From positions 41,856 through 105,855 of the forward strand of contig JAHEDT010000006.1 in assembly GCA_024641085.1 (NCBI GenBank): a stretch of DNA of 64,000 bases, in the 5' to 3' direction. The translations under genes were made by a program, and so were the position numbers. Position 1 is the stretch's first letter, and the number at the start of each line of letters is the position of its first letter. The notes beneath the pieces were generated by a model. It was not told where the DNA came from. It did not search any database and was given only the letters and a program-made list of their open reading frames with translations. Source of the stretch: Geobacteraceae bacterium (GTDB lineage Bacteria; Desulfobacterota; Desulfuromonadia; Desulfuromonadales; BM103). Of the stretch, positions 46,023 to 56,419 are shown piece by piece.

Positions 46023-46043
46023 TCCCGTTTTTAAAGTAATATC

Positions 46044-46077
46044 GGCCGGGAAAGAGCGCACCCTTTCCCGGCCTTTT
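46044..46077 (+). terminator. intercistronic hairpin / partial terminator after dppA
   Basis: 11-bp stem GGCCGGGAAAG / CTTTCCCGGCC, then TTTT. This is usual after SBP genes. Confidence 0.7.
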
Positions 46078-46094
46078 CAGCCGGTTGTGATGTT

Positions 46095-47105
46095 ATGCTC
46101 AACTTTTTTCTCAAACGCATCGGTGTCGTCATCCCGACGTTCATCGGTGTGACTCTGCTGACCTTCTCCCTGATCCGGCTGATTCCCGGCGACCCGGTGG
46201 AGCTGATGGCTGGCGAACGCGGGATCGACCCGGCACGCCACGCCCAGCTGCTGGCCGAGATGGGGCTCGACAAACCGCTTCTGGTGCAGTACTGGAATTA
46301 TCTGGTCGGCATTTTTCATGGTGACATGGGAACCTCTCTGGTGACCCGAGAACCGGTGGTGAAGGAATTCTTCACACTTTTTCCGGCGACCCTCGAACTG
46401 GGGCTCTGCGCCATTATCATTGCTGTCCTGATCGGTCTTCCGGCCGGAATCATCGCCGCAGTGCGGCGCGGCAAGGTGACTGATTACACGGTGATGGGGA
46501 TGTCCCTGACCGGTTACTCGATGCCGATTTTCTGGTGGGGCCTGCTGCTGATCCTGCTCTTCTCCGTGAGACTTGGCTGGACTCCGGTCTCCGGGCGCAT
46601 TTCAGAGATGTTCTGGGTCGACGAGGTCACCGGCTCCATGCTGGTTGACGCCTTCCTCTCCGACGAAAAAGGCGCCCTGCTTTCCACTCTGCATCATCTG
46701 ATCCTGCCGGCCATCGTGCTTGCGACCATCCCATTGGCGGTGATTGCGCGCATGACCCGTTCGGCCATGCTTGAAGTCCTGCGCGAGGACTATGTGCTGG
46801 TGGCGCGCGCCAAGGGGCTGGCGATGCCATTGGTGATCTGTGTGCACGCCCTGCGCAATGCCCTGATCCCGGTGATTACCGTCATCGGCCTCCAGGTCGG
46901 GGTGCTGATGGCCGGGGCAATCCTCACCGAAACGATCTTTTCCTGGCCCGGGATCGGCAAGTGGTTGCTGGACTCGATTCGTCGTCGCGACTACCCTTCG
47001 GTACAGGGAGGGATTCTACTGGTCTCCTGCCTGGTGATCCTGGTCAACCTGACAGTTGACCTCTTTTACGGCGTGGTCAACCCGCGCATTCGCCACAACC
47101 GTTGA
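46095..47105 (+). CDS. dppB: peptide ABC transporter permease
   Basis: N-terminal MLNFFLKRIGVVIPTFIGVTLLTF and an EAA-loop region, 336 aa. Confidence 0.9.
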   Translation: MLNFFLKRIGVVIPTFIGVTLLTFSLIRLIPGDPVELMAGERGIDPARHAQLLAEMGLDKPLLVQYWNYLVGIFHGDMGTSLVTREPVVKEFFTLFPATLELGLCAIIIAVLIGLPAGIIAAVRRGKVTDYTVMGMSLTGYSMPIFWWGLLLILLFSVRLGWTPVSGRISEMFWVDEVTGSMLVDAFLSDEKGALLSTLHHLILPAIVLATIPLAVIARMTRSAMLEVLREDYVLVARAKGLAMPLVICVHALRNALIPVITVIGLQVGVLMAGAILTETIFSWPGIGKWLLDSIRRRDYPSVQGGILLVSCLVILVNLTVDLFYGVVNPRIRHNR

Positions 47106-47120
47106 CGGAGACGCCGACTG

Positions 47121-48020
47121 ATGAGTGAAATGGTTCAGACCGCAGTCGCCGAGTCAGTGCCCCCGGGACCTCTGCAAGAGTTCTGGGGGTATTTCCGCGA
47201 GAATCGAGGCGCTCTGATCGGCTTCAGCTTCATCGTGGCGGTGCTCCTGGCCGCACTGTTCGCCAACCAGTTGACCCCGCACAGCCCCTACGAGCAGTAC
47301 CGCGACTACATTCTCACCCCGCCCGCCTGGCAGGACGGAGGGTTGTGGCGCTTTCCCCTGGGGACCGACGAGGTCGGACGCGATATCCTCACCCGGCTGA
47401 TACACGGTGGACGCATGTCGCTGTTCATCGGCATGATGGTCGTTTCCCTGTCTTTACTGCTGGGCACCATGATCGGCCTGATCGCCGGCTACGCCAAGGG
47501 GATGACCGATACGCTGATCATGCGTGCCATGGATATCATCATGGCTTTGCCCAGCCTGTTGCTGGCCCTGGCCATTGTCACCATCCTGGGCCCTGGACTG
47601 ATCAACGCGGCGATCGCTATCGCGATCACCTATCTGCCGCACTACGTGCGGATCACCCGCGCTTCGGTGATTACCGAAAGTTCCAAGGATTACGTGACGG
47701 CATCGCGCGTTTCGGGGGCCGGGGTCTGGCGGCTGATGTTCATCACCATTCTGCCGAACTGTATGGCGCCGCTGATCGTCCAGGCCTCGCTCGGTTTTTC
47801 CAATGCGATCCTCGATGCCGCAGCCCTCGGTTTTATCGGTCTGGGCGCCCAGCCGCCGAGCCCCGAATGGGGCTCCATGCTCTCCGGCGCCCTGGAATTC
47901 ATCCAGCGAGCCTGGTGGGTCGTCACCTTCCCGGGGCTGATGATTTTGCTCACGGTGCTCGCCTTCAACCTGATGGGGGATGGCCTGCGCGATGCCCTGG
48001 ATCCAAAGATGAAACGCTAA
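47121..48020 (+). CDS. dppC: peptide ABC transporter permease
   Basis: OppC_N-like N-terminus and BPD_transp_1 core, 299 aa. Confidence 0.9.
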   Translation: MSEMVQTAVAESVPPGPLQEFWGYFRENRGALIGFSFIVAVLLAALFANQLTPHSPYEQYRDYILTPPAWQDGGLWRFPLGTDEVGRDILTRLIHGGRMSLFIGMMVVSLSLLLGTMIGLIAGYAKGMTDTLIMRAMDIIMALPSLLLALAIVTILGPGLINAAIAIAITYLPHYVRITRASVITESSKDYVTASRVSGAGVWRLMFITILPNCMAPLIVQASLGFSNAILDAAALGFIGLGAQPPSPEWGSMLSGALEFIQRAWWVVTFPGLMILLTVLAFNLMGDGLRDALDPKMKR

Positions 48021-49003
48021 TGGCACTGTTGGAAATTGAAAATCTAAGCGTCGAGTTCGGCAGCGAGGACCGCCCCTTCAAGGCGGTTGACCAAGTGTGC
48101 CTGAGTATCGACAAGGGTGAGGTGGTCGGTATCGTCGGTGAATCCGGCTCTGGTAAGTCGGTCACCGCAAAGGCGCTCATGGGACTGGTCGATTGGCCCG
48201 GAAGGGTCAGTGCCGAACGTCTGGAATTCAACGGTAAGGACCTGTTGAGCCTGTCGGAAAAGCAGCGACGACAGATTACCGGTTATGACATTGCGATGAT
48301 TTTCCAGGAGCCGATGACCAGCCTTAACCCCTGCTTTACCGCCGGCTACCAGATCATGGAGGCCTTGAAGATTCATGAGGGGGGCAGCAAGGCAGCACTC
48401 AAGGCGCGTGCCCTTGAACTGCTTGAACAGGTCGGCATCCCAGATCCTCAGGCACGGCTCAAGGCTTTCCCACACCAGCTCTCTGGGGGGATGAGCCAGC
48501 GCATCATGATCGCCATGGCGATCGCCTGCAACCCGCGGCTGCTGATCGCCGATGAACCGACGACCGCCCTCGACGTGACCATCCAGGCACAGATTCTCGA
48601 CCTTTTGCTCTCTCTGCAGCAGCGGGGGCAGATGGCACTGATGCTGATTACCCATGATCTGGCACTGGTCGCGGAAGCGGCCCAGAGGGTTGTGGTCATG
48701 TATGCCGGACAGGTGGTTGAAGCCGGCCCGGTGCCGGAGATTTTCGACCTGCCGCGTCATCCATACACGGCAGCTCTGCTGGAGGCGCTCCCGGAACGTT
48801 CACTGGGGCATTCCCGTTTACAGACGATACCCGGCGTGGTGCCGGGTCAGTTCGACCGGCCGACCGGATGCCTGCTCAACCCGCGCTGCCAGTTTGCCAC
48901 CGAGCGCTGTCGCCAGGAAGCCCCGCAGCTGTCAACCCTGGCCGATGGCCGCCAGGTGCGTTGCCACACGCCGCTGGATGATGAAGGAAAACCTCAGGGA
49001 TGA
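48020..49003 (+). CDS. dppD: peptide ABC transporter ATP-binding protein
   Basis: TAATG overlap with dppC. Motifs [16 protein letters not shown], and the oligopeptide C-terminal domain. Confidence 0.9.
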   Translation: MALLEIENLSVEFGSEDRPFKAVDQVCLSIDKGEVVGIVGESGSGKSVTAKALMGLVDWPGRVSAERLEFNGKDLLSLSEKQRRQITGYDIAMIFQEPMTSLNPCFTAGYQIMEALKIHEGGSKAALKARALELLEQVGIPDPQARLKAFPHQLSGGMSQRIMIAMAIACNPRLLIADEPTTALDVTIQAQILDLLLSLQQRGQMALMLITHDLALVAEAAQRVVVMYAGQVVEAGPVPEIFDLPRHPYTAALLEALPERSLGHSRLQTIPGVVPGQFDRPTGCLLNPRCQFATERCRQEAPQLSTLADGRQVRCHTPLDDEGKPQG

Positions 49004-49983
49004 ATACCAAGACCGATCTGCTCGAAGCCCGTGACCTGACCCGCTTCTACGATGTGTCGCAAGGGCCTTTCAAACCGCACGCGGTGGTCAAGGCCCTTGA
49101 CGGGGTCACTTTTAGCGTTGCTACCGGAAAGACCCTGGCGGTGGTTGGCGAATCGGGATGCGGCAAATCAACCCTGGCGCGGCAGGTGACCATGATTGAG
49201 CGGCCGACCAGCGGCCAGCTGCAGTTCGACGGTTTCGACCTGGCCAATGCTTCGGACCAGCAGCTGAAAGAAGCACGTCAACGGGTGCAGATGATCTTCC
49301 AGAATCCCTTCGGTTCACTCAACCCGCGCAAAAAGGTCGGCAGCATCATCGGTGAACCATTGGTGATCAACACCGGTCTGTCCAAGTCCGAACGGGAAGA
49401 GCAGGTGCGATCGATGATGGGGCTGGTTGGGCTGCGCCCGGAATATTACGGCCGCTATCCGCACATGTTCTCCGGTGGTCAGCGCCAGCGGATTGCCGTT
49501 GCCCGGGCGCTGATGCTGAGGCCGAAGCTGGTGGTTGCCGATGAACCGGTCTCGGCGCTCGATGTGTCCGTTCAGGCACAGGTGCTCAACCTGCTGATGG
49601 ATCTGCAGAGCGAGCTCAACCTGGCCTATCTGCTTATCTCCCACGATCTTTCAGTGGTGCGACACATCGCCGATGACGTGATGGTGATGTACCTGGGCAA
49701 GGTCGCGGAATATGGCGAATCAGAGCAGGTTTTCAGTAACCCGCGCCATCCCTACACCCGGGCTCTGCTCGCGTCGACTCCCCATCTCAAGCCTCAGAAC
49801 CGCCAGGAGCACATCGTTCTCAAGGGCGAAATTCCTTCACCGCTGGCCCCACCTGCAGGATGCGTGTTTCATACGCGCTGCCCCTACGCCAACGAACGCT
49901 GCAGGACAGAAATCCCTCAGCTGAGAACATTGGCCGATTCTCGTAAGACCGCCTGCCACGGAGTCGAGGAGGGGCGGGTTTAA
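49000..49983 (+). CDS. dppF: peptide ABC transporter ATP-binding protein
   Basis: ATGA overlap with dppD. Motifs GESGCGKST and FSGGQRQR. Confidence 0.9.
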   Translation: MNTKTDLLEARDLTRFYDVSQGPFKPHAVVKALDGVTFSVATGKTLAVVGESGCGKSTLARQVTMIERPTSGQLQFDGFDLANASDQQLKEARQRVQMIFQNPFGSLNPRKKVGSIIGEPLVINTGLSKSEREEQVRSMMGLVGLRPEYYGRYPHMFSGGQRQRIAVARALMLRPKLVVADEPVSALDVSVQAQVLNLLMDLQSELNLAYLLISHDLSVVRHIADDVMVMYLGKVAEYGESEQVFSNPRHPYTRALLASTPHLKPQNRQEHIVLKGEIPSPLAPPAGCVFHTRCPYANERCRTEIPQLRTLADSRKTACHGVEEGRV

Positions 49984-50009
49984 TCGACAAGAGGTTCATG
50001 TCCCTCAGT

Positions 50010-50204
50010 TTGCTGGACCTTGCAGTGATTGCCGCTTGGTTCGCGCCTTATGGAGGGAATCCAGTACCCGGAATCCAGAATCCGGAATAAGTCCCGACGG
50101 CCAGGTGGGATCGCGAGTTTATTTGTCTGTTGGATACTGAATTCTGGGTTCTCCGCGGCAAGCCACGGGGCAGTTCATTCGACAGGGGGGGCATTCCCCG
50201 CTGC
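50010..50204 (+). repeat. copy B of the ~190-nt structured intergenic repeat
   Basis: Same 5-prime block, core and hairpin (50068-50085 with 50130-50147) as copy A. It starts 27 nt after the dppF stop. Confidence 0.6.
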
Positions 50205-50532
50205 CTGCGGCAGCCCAGTCCCCTGGATTTTGAGCTAATCACCTACCGGCCCCCCCCTCTAAGAAGGCCCTGAGCACTAAATTTATGCGGATTGGCCCGT
50301 GAATTTTTGCGAAAATTGACTCAGTTTCTGATAGACTTCAAATTATTGTTATGCAGGTATGTGGGTTATAACCCTTTAGACAAGCACCACCCGGTCCTTA
50401 CTGCACTCGTGCGGCAGTCCGGTTGTGTGCCGTGCTCCTCCGGCAGGCCTTGCTGGGCTGTCCGGTTATTCGTTGAACGGTTTGCTGCCGCTGCCGCAGC
50501 AGGGTTTTTCTCAAAACAGAGGGAGGTTGCAT

Positions 50533-51012
50533 ATGCAGAAACTGATTCGCATCGAACCGGCCAAATGTGTTGGCTGCAAGACCTGTGAACTGGCCTGTTC
50601 CTTCAAGAACGTCGGTGAGTTCGCTCCCAGTCGCACACGCATCTACAACGAAGTCTTTCTCGAGGACGCCAAGTTCATCACTGTGACCTGCATGCAGTGC
50701 GATGAACCGTGGTGCGAGAAGGCCTGCCCCAAGACCGCCATCACCAAAGACATGGCAAGCGGCGTCGTCACCGTCGACGATGTCAAATGTGTCGGCTGTC
50801 GGACCTGTGTCAGTGCCTGTCCCTTCGGCATGATCAAGTACGTGGACAGTACCGGCAAGGCGGACAAGTGCAACCTCTGCGGCGGCGACACTCCCGAGTG
50901 CGTAGCTTTCTGTCCGACCCACTGCCTGACCCTGGGTGAAGAGGACAAGCCGCTGCGGCAGAAAGTGCTGCGTTTCGTCGAAACGATGAAAAACGGGCAG
51001 ATGGAGGTTTGA
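50533..51012 (+). CDS. aorA: 4Fe-4S polyferredoxin subunit of aldehyde oxidoreductase (AorA-like)
   Basis: RBS GGGAGG precedes ATG 50533. Motifs [32 protein letters not shown] and CNLCGG...C. Confidence 0.85.
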   Translation: MQKLIRIEPAKCVGCKTCELACSFKNVGEFAPSRTRIYNEVFLEDAKFITVTCMQCDEPWCEKACPKTAITKDMASGVVTVDDVKCVGCRTCVSACPFGMIKYVDSTGKADKCNLCGGDTPECVAFCPTHCLTLGEEDKPLRQKVLRFVETMKNGQMEV

Positions 51013-51013
51013 T

Positions 51014-52819
51014 ATGAGCAAGGGATATAAAGGCAAAGTATTGCGTGTTGATTTGTCGTCCGGCACCTGCAAGACCGAGGCCCTCAATGCAGAGTGGGCC
51101 AAGTCCTATCTCGGCGGACGCGGCCTGGCTTCCAAATACCTGACCGAGGAGATTTCGCCCGACGTCGATCCGATGAGCCCGAAGAACAAGCTGATCATGG
51201 CAACCGGGCCCCTGACCGGAACCTATGGTGCGGCCAACGGCCGCTACATGGTCGTGACCAAGTCGCCGCTTACCGGCACTATTGCCAGCTCCAACTCCGG
51301 CGGCTACTTCCCCAGCGAGCTGCGGTATGCCGGTTTCGACATGATCATCTTCGAAGGCAAGGCGGCCCGGCCGGTCTATCTGCAGATTCACAACGACCGT
51401 GCCGAACTGGTCGGTGCCATTCATCTCTGGGGCAAGTCGACCAATGAAACGGAAGACGCGATCCGCAACGAGTTCCACGGCGATGCCAAGGTGGCCTGCA
51501 TCGGACCTGCCGGAGAAAACGGCGTGTTTTACGCCAACATCATGAACGACAAACACCGTGCCGCCGGCCGCAGCGGCGTCGGTATGGTCATGGGCAGCAA
51601 GAACCTCAAAGCGGTCGCCGTGCGCGGCACCGGCGGAGTCCGGGTCGCCGACCCCAAGGCTTACCGGGATGCCGCGCTCGAATCCTACGGCCTGCTCAAG
51701 GAAAACCCGGTCACCGGTGAGGGGCTGGGGGCCCTGGGGACTGCAGTGCTGGTCAATGTTATCAACCAGAGTGGGGCTCTGCCGACCCGCAACGCCCAGA
51801 CCGGGACCTTTGAAGGGGCGGAGAAGATCTCCGGCGAAACCCTGGCCGCGACCTACCTGAAGCGCAACAAGAGCTGCATGGGGTGCATCATCGGCTGTGG
51901 CCGCGTCACCAAGCTGTCCGACGCCAAATACTCCGGCGATGGTGAGGGCCCCGAGTATGAATCGCTCTGGGCCCTCGGCGCCGCCTGCGGGGTCTCCGAT
52001 CTGGCTGCGATTACCAAGGCCAACTACATCTGCAACGAGTACGGCATGGACACCATCACCGCCGGCTCAACGGTCGGCTGTGCCATGGAACTCTACCAGA
52101 GAGGCCTGATCAGCGAAAAGGAAGCCGGCATGCCCCTGGAGTTTGGCAACGGCGAGGCCCTGGTCAAGCTGATGGAGTTGACCGGCAAGGGCGAGGGCTT
52201 CGGCAAGAAGATAGCACTCGGTTCCTACCGACTGGCCGAGAGCTACGGCATGCCCGAACTGTCGATGACCTCCAAGAAGCTGGAATTCCCTGCCTACGAC
52301 CCGCGCGGCATTCAGGGGATGGGCTTGGAGTATGCGACCAGCAACCGCGGTGCCTGCCATGTGCGTGGCTACCTGATCTCGCCGGAAATCCTCGGTATTC
52401 CTGAAAAACTTGACCCGCACGTGACCGAGGGCAAGGCGACCTGGCTGAAGATCTTCCAGGACTTCACCGCGGTGGTCGATTCGGCCGGCGTCTGCCTGTT
52501 CACCACCTTCGGCATCGGCGTGCCGCAGTTTGTCAAATTCTGCAACGCGGCGAACGGCACCAGCCTGAGTGACGAGGATCTGCTTGCGGCCGGCGACCGG
52601 ATCTACAACCTCGAGCGGATGTTCAACCTCAAGGCGGGTATCGACCCGTCCCAGGACACCCTGCCGAAGCGCATCCTCGAAGAGCCCCTGCCGGACGGCC
52701 CGGTCAAGGGCGATGTCTGCAGACTGTCGCAGATGCTTCCGGAATACTACAAGGAGCGCGGCTGGAGCGCCAAAGGGGTCCCGACTGAAGCGAAGCTGCA
52801 GTCCCTCGGGCTGGCTTAG
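51014..52819 (+). CDS. aorB: tungsten-type aldehyde:ferredoxin oxidoreductase catalytic subunit
   Basis: N-terminal [12 protein letters not shown]...YLGGRGL and the AOR family sequence through 601 aa. Confidence 0.92.
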   Translation: MSKGYKGKVLRVDLSSGTCKTEALNAEWAKSYLGGRGLASKYLTEEISPDVDPMSPKNKLIMATGPLTGTYGAANGRYMVVTKSPLTGTIASSNSGGYFPSELRYAGFDMIIFEGKAARPVYLQIHNDRAELVGAIHLWGKSTNETEDAIRNEFHGDAKVACIGPAGENGVFYANIMNDKHRAAGRSGVGMVMGSKNLKAVAVRGTGGVRVADPKAYRDAALESYGLLKENPVTGEGLGALGTAVLVNVINQSGALPTRNAQTGTFEGAEKISGETLAATYLKRNKSCMGCIIGCGRVTKLSDAKYSGDGEGPEYESLWALGAACGVSDLAAITKANYICNEYGMDTITAGSTVGCAMELYQRGLISEKEAGMPLEFGNGEALVKLMELTGKGEGFGKKIALGSYRLAESYGMPELSMTSKKLEFPAYDPRGIQGMGLEYATSNRGACHVRGYLISPEILGIPEKLDPHVTEGKATWLKIFQDFTAVVDSAGVCLFTTFGIGVPQFVKFCNAANGTSLSDEDLLAAGDRIYNLERMFNLKAGIDPSQDTLPKRILEEPLPDGPVKGDVCRLSQMLPEYYKERGWSAKGVPTEAKLQSLGLA

Positions 52820-52840
52820 TTCACACAGGCTCCTGAACAG

Positions 52841-52878
52841 GAGAGGGGCCCGCATTTGTGCGGGCTCCTCTCTGTTTT
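52841..52878 (+). terminator. 14-bp hairpin plus T-run between aorB and aorC
   Basis: GAGAGGGGCCCGCA / TGCGGGCTCCTCTC (one G-U), loop TTTG, then TGTTTT. Confidence 0.7.
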
Positions 52879-52893
52879 GAAAAGAGGTGGCGC

Positions 52894-54117
52894 ATGGCAG
52901 AGACTTACGAATACGTCGTGATCGGCAACAGTGCGGCGGGGCTGCAGGCACTGCGTACCCTGCGCAGGCATGACCGGCAGGCCTCCGTGGCGATCATCGA
53001 CCGGGAAGACCATCCGGCCTATTCCCGGGTATTGACCCCATATTACGTCGGCGGCAAGACCGGCCGGGACAACCTGTTCATCGTCGATCGTGACTACTAC
53101 CGACGCGAGCATATCACCACCCTGTTCGGCCGCAACGTCGTTGCCCTCGATGCCGATGGCCACCGGTTGGAACTGGACGACGGCCAACAGGTCGCTTTCG
53201 GCAAACTGCTGCTGGCGATCGGGGCCGAGGCACGTAACCTGGCCATCACTTCAGCGCGGGCCTGCACCTTGCGACACATGGCCGATGCCGAAAAGCTCGA
53301 AGCTCTGATGCAGAATGCCAGCAGCATCACGGCGATCGGCGCCGGCCTGGTCAGCCTGCCCCTGCTCTCGCATGCGCCGGAGTCCGCCGAGAAACACCTG
53401 GTGGTCGGATCCAACCGGATCTTCAGCCGGGTGGTGGACGCGGAAGCCTCGGCCATTCTCGAGGAGATGTTCCGTGGGAGCGGTCTGCAGTTGCACAAGC
53501 AGGACGACATCGTGACCATCGACGAAGGCGAAAGGCTGCAACTCACCCTGGCCTCCGGTGGCCATCTGGTGACTGACATGCTGATCATCGGCAAGGGGGT
53601 TGAACCGAACATCTGGCTGGCCCGCGCGGCCGGCCTTCGAGTGCACGACGGCATCCTGATCGATGACTACTGCTGTACCAGCCACGCCGACATCTACGCC
53701 GCCGGCGATGCCGCGGAATGCAAAGATTTCGTGACCGGCGAACCGACCATCCAGGGGAACTGGATGACCGCTGTCGAGCAGGGGGAGAATGCTGCCCTCA
53801 ACATGCTGGGAATGACCTGTGCCTACGAGGGAAGCCTGAAAAACAACATCACCGAGGTGTTCGGTGTCGACATCGCCGCCATCGGCTACTGTCAGGATGA
53901 TGCGTCCCAGACTGCCAGCACCTTCGATGCTGCTACCGGCCGCTACCGCAAGATCTTCCTCAACGAACGGCGCCGGGTGATCGGGGCAACCCTGATCGGT
54001 GAAACCAACGATGCGGGGCTCTACTACCACTGGGTTCGCACCCGCCACACCTTCCCCGGCGAGCAGGCGCTGCACCGAACCAATACTTACGCGAGCTTCC
54101 TCAAGGGGCTGGCATAG
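52894..54117 (+). CDS. aorC: FAD/NAD(P)-dependent pyridine nucleotide-disulfide oxidoreductase (AorC-like)
   Basis: Start at MAETYEYVVIGNSAAG (ATG 52894). A second dinucleotide fold and the motif IYAAGDAAE. Confidence 0.85.
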   Translation: MAETYEYVVIGNSAAGLQALRTLRRHDRQASVAIIDREDHPAYSRVLTPYYVGGKTGRDNLFIVDRDYYRREHITTLFGRNVVALDADGHRLELDDGQQVAFGKLLLAIGAEARNLAITSARACTLRHMADAEKLEALMQNASSITAIGAGLVSLPLLSHAPESAEKHLVVGSNRIFSRVVDAEASAILEEMFRGSGLQLHKQDDIVTIDEGERLQLTLASGGHLVTDMLIIGKGVEPNIWLARAAGLRVHDGILIDDYCCTSHADIYAAGDAAECKDFVTGEPTIQGNWMTAVEQGENAALNMLGMTCAYEGSLKNNITEVFGVDIAAIGYCQDDASQTASTFDAATGRYRKIFLNERRRVIGATLIGETNDAGLYYHWVRTRHTFPGEQALHRTNTYASFLKGLA

Positions 54118-54147
54118 GCTGCGTCCTGGCGCGCAGGAGGTATGACG

Positions 54148-54429
54148 ATGCTGCAGCTGCAGTTCTTCGGTCTGATCCGGCTTCTGTTGAAACGGGAGGC
54201 CCTCGAATTGGCCTGGACCGAAGGCGATACTGTGCAACGGGTGCTCGACAGGGTCCAGGTGCAGGTCGCCGTCCCTTTTATACAGAAGCTGATTGATGAC
54301 CAGGGGACGCCCCACCCCGGTACCATCATCCTGGTCAACCGCAGGAACATCCTGCACCTGCAGGGTTTGCAAACGCCCCTTGCCGATGGCGACACCCTGG
54401 CCTTCTTTCCCCCGGGGGCCGGTGGATGA
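54148..54429 (+). CDS. MoaD/ThiS-family ubiquitin-like sulfur carrier
   Basis: It ends in PPGAGG followed by the stop (C-terminal Gly-Gly). ATG 54148 is 7 nt after AGGAGG; the track start is 54142. Confidence 0.8.
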   Translation: MLQLQFFGLIRLLLKREALELAWTEGDTVQRVLDRVQVQVAVPFIQKLIDDQGTPHPGTIILVNRRNILHLQGLQTPLADGDTLAFFPPGAGG

Positions 54430-55103
54430 GCGCCACCGGCGCCGAACGTTACGCTCGCCAGGTTCTTCACTGGGGAGCCGAGAAGCAGCAGCAGATTCAA
54501 AACTCATCCCTGCTGGTTGCCGGTGTCGGCGGCCTCGGCGCCACGGTCAGCCAACTACTGGTCCGGGCCGGAATAGGTCATCTTTACCTGGTTGACGACG
54601 GCGTTCTCGACTGGCCCGATCTGAACCGGCAGACCCTGTATGGCGAGAAGGATATCGGCCGGGCCAAGCTGTCTCTGGCCAGGGAACGCCTTAACCAGAT
54701 CAATTCAGCGACCCGGATCATCGAACTGCACGGCAGAATCGATGACGCTTTCCAGGTTCCCGCCGGGGTGGACGGCGTGGCCGACTGCCTGGACAATTAC
54801 CGGAGTCGCTTCCTCCTCTATCGGGCCCTGGCGGCGGGAACCTATTTTGTCCATGGCGGACTAGATGGTGACAACGGTCAGGTGCTGACCCTGCTGGCCG
54901 GGCAGTCACAGCCCTTCGACGAGGTCTTTGCCGGTGCTCTTCAGCCTCAAGGGAGCATCCCGGTGACGCCGGACAACGTCGTGGTGATCGCCGGATTGAT
55001 GGTCAACGAACTGTTCAACGTCCTTTGGAAAACACCGAAAATGCTCGATCGCTGCCTGGTTGTCAGCCTGGCCGATTTCAGTATGGCGTTCCTCGAGGTT
55101 TAG
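54426..55103 (+). CDS. ThiF/MoeB/HesA-family E1-like adenylyltransferase
   Basis: ATGA overlap with the MoaD-like gene. Motif VAGVGGLGATVSQLLVRAGIGHLYLVDDGVLDWPDLNRQ. Confidence 0.85.
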   Translation: MSATGAERYARQVLHWGAEKQQQIQNSSLLVAGVGGLGATVSQLLVRAGIGHLYLVDDGVLDWPDLNRQTLYGEKDIGRAKLSLARERLNQINSATRIIELHGRIDDAFQVPAGVDGVADCLDNYRSRFLLYRALAAGTYFVHGGLDGDNGQVLTLLAGQSQPFDEVFAGALQPQGSIPVTPDNVVVIAGLMVNELFNVLWKTPKMLDRCLVVSLADFSMAFLEV

Positions 55104-55307
55104 TTGAATCGTCGGCTACTTCCCCGCCTGACCGCGGTCGCACAACCTGTTGCCGACACCTTCCAAGTCGCAGAAAATTCCAGTAGACAATTATCGGCCC
55201 GGAGGCTTCACCATAAGTGTGCAGGCTTGGTTTGCAGACGAATCCTGCTGTCAGTTTGCAAGGGATGCTCACAGGCAAAGGTTGTATAAGGCTCTATGTT
55301 GAAGCCT

Positions 55308-56216
55308 TTAGGTGGCCGGTCGAGCCAGCGTGGGTGCTTTGTACCAGCTGCTTATCCCGACGCCGCTGAAAACCAGGCCGCATGCCAGCCACTGTGCCGT
55401 GTTGAGGGTTTCACCCAGGACCAGCATGCCGAGCAATACACCGAACACCGGGATCAGGTTGACGTATCCGGCGGCCTGGCTGGCAGGAATGCGACTGACG
55501 CTGAAGTTGTAGCAGCCATAAGCGCCGAGAGTGATGAAGGTGCCGAGATAGGCCACCGCCAGCAGGGGGCCGGTGTCCCAGTGGGTGGGGAAGCCGATGT
55601 CCGGGAGGAGCAGGTAGGGAAAGAAAAACAAGCTGCCGACAAATGCCTGGAAGGCGGTCAAAAAGAGCGGTGGATAGTTGCTGGTAAGATGCTTGAGTGA
55701 CACCGTATAGCCGGCCGCACAAACCATTGCCAGAAATTCGCAGAAGTTGCCAAACAGGGGGTTGGGAGCACTCGCACTGGTCTCGCTGGCCAGGCCCAGC
55801 CATACGGCGCCGATAATCGCCAGCATGAAACCTGCCAGGGTCTGGCGGCTGATCTGCTCTTTAAGCAGCCCACAGGCGAGGACTGCAACCAGCAACGGCA
55901 GCATGGCGGTTATCATGCCGGCCTGAGAGGCGCTGGTCAGTTCCAGAGCCTTGGCCTCGAAAATAAAATACAGGCACGGTTCGCAAATGGCCATGATCAG
56001 GAGGTATTTGAGGTCACGGCGGCGCCAGTTGAGTTTGCGGAAGGAGGGTACGAATATGATGAAACAGAGGCTGGCAATGAACATTCTGCCGAAGATCACC
56101 TGCATCGGGTGGTAGCCGCGAAAGGCCAGCTTGAGTGCCACAAAAGAACTGGCCCAGAGCAGCATGGCCATGACCAGGCTGAAAACGGGCAGCAGTCGGC
56201 GGGTCTTTTCAGTCAC
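55308..56216 (-). CDS. DMT superfamily (EamA) transporter
   Basis: 10 TM helices, duplicated EamA pattern, 302 aa. Confidence 0.85.
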   Translation of the reverse strand: MTEKTRRLLPVFSLVMAMLLWASSFVALKLAFRGYHPMQVIFGRMFIASLCFIIFVPSFRKLNWRRRDLKYLLIMAICEPCLYFIFEAKALELTSASQAGMITAMLPLLVAVLACGLLKEQISRQTLAGFMLAIIGAVWLGLASETSASAPNPLFGNFCEFLAMVCAAGYTVSLKHLTSNYPPLFLTAFQAFVGSLFFFPYLLLPDIGFPTHWDTGPLLAVAYLGTFITLGAYGCYNFSVSRIPASQAAGYVNLIPVFGVLLGMLVLGETLNTAQWLACGLVFSGVGISSWYKAPTLARPAT

Positions 56217-56419
56217 AGGGAACTCCGGATCGTGCTTTTTACTCTATCAGCCACCGTGAGCGAACCAGGCAGCGTTTCCAGCGGTCCTTTGTAGTTGCAT
56301 TGCCGGCATAAGACAACAAGAATATCGGGCGGCACGGCTGATTCGGACATTTTTACTGACACAGGACGCCTCGTCATGTTACAAAACCGGCGTTTTCCAT
56401 CGACAGGTAAGAAAGCAAG

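Noticed and set aside
44583-46061. 492-aa minus-strand ORF
   Set aside because: It is antisense to the dppA substrate-binding protein gene and has no motifs.
50395-50532. Moco (molybdenum/tungsten cofactor) riboswitch upstream of the AOR operon
   Set aside because: The context would fit. However, I could not find the conserved Moco-motif stretches as I remember them (CCGAGCC, GGAAAC, GCCUCCC). It is left as an unclassified leader.
53251-54507. 418-aa minus-strand ORF
   Set aside because: It is antisense to aorC and the MoaD-like gene. Low-complexity shadow ORF.
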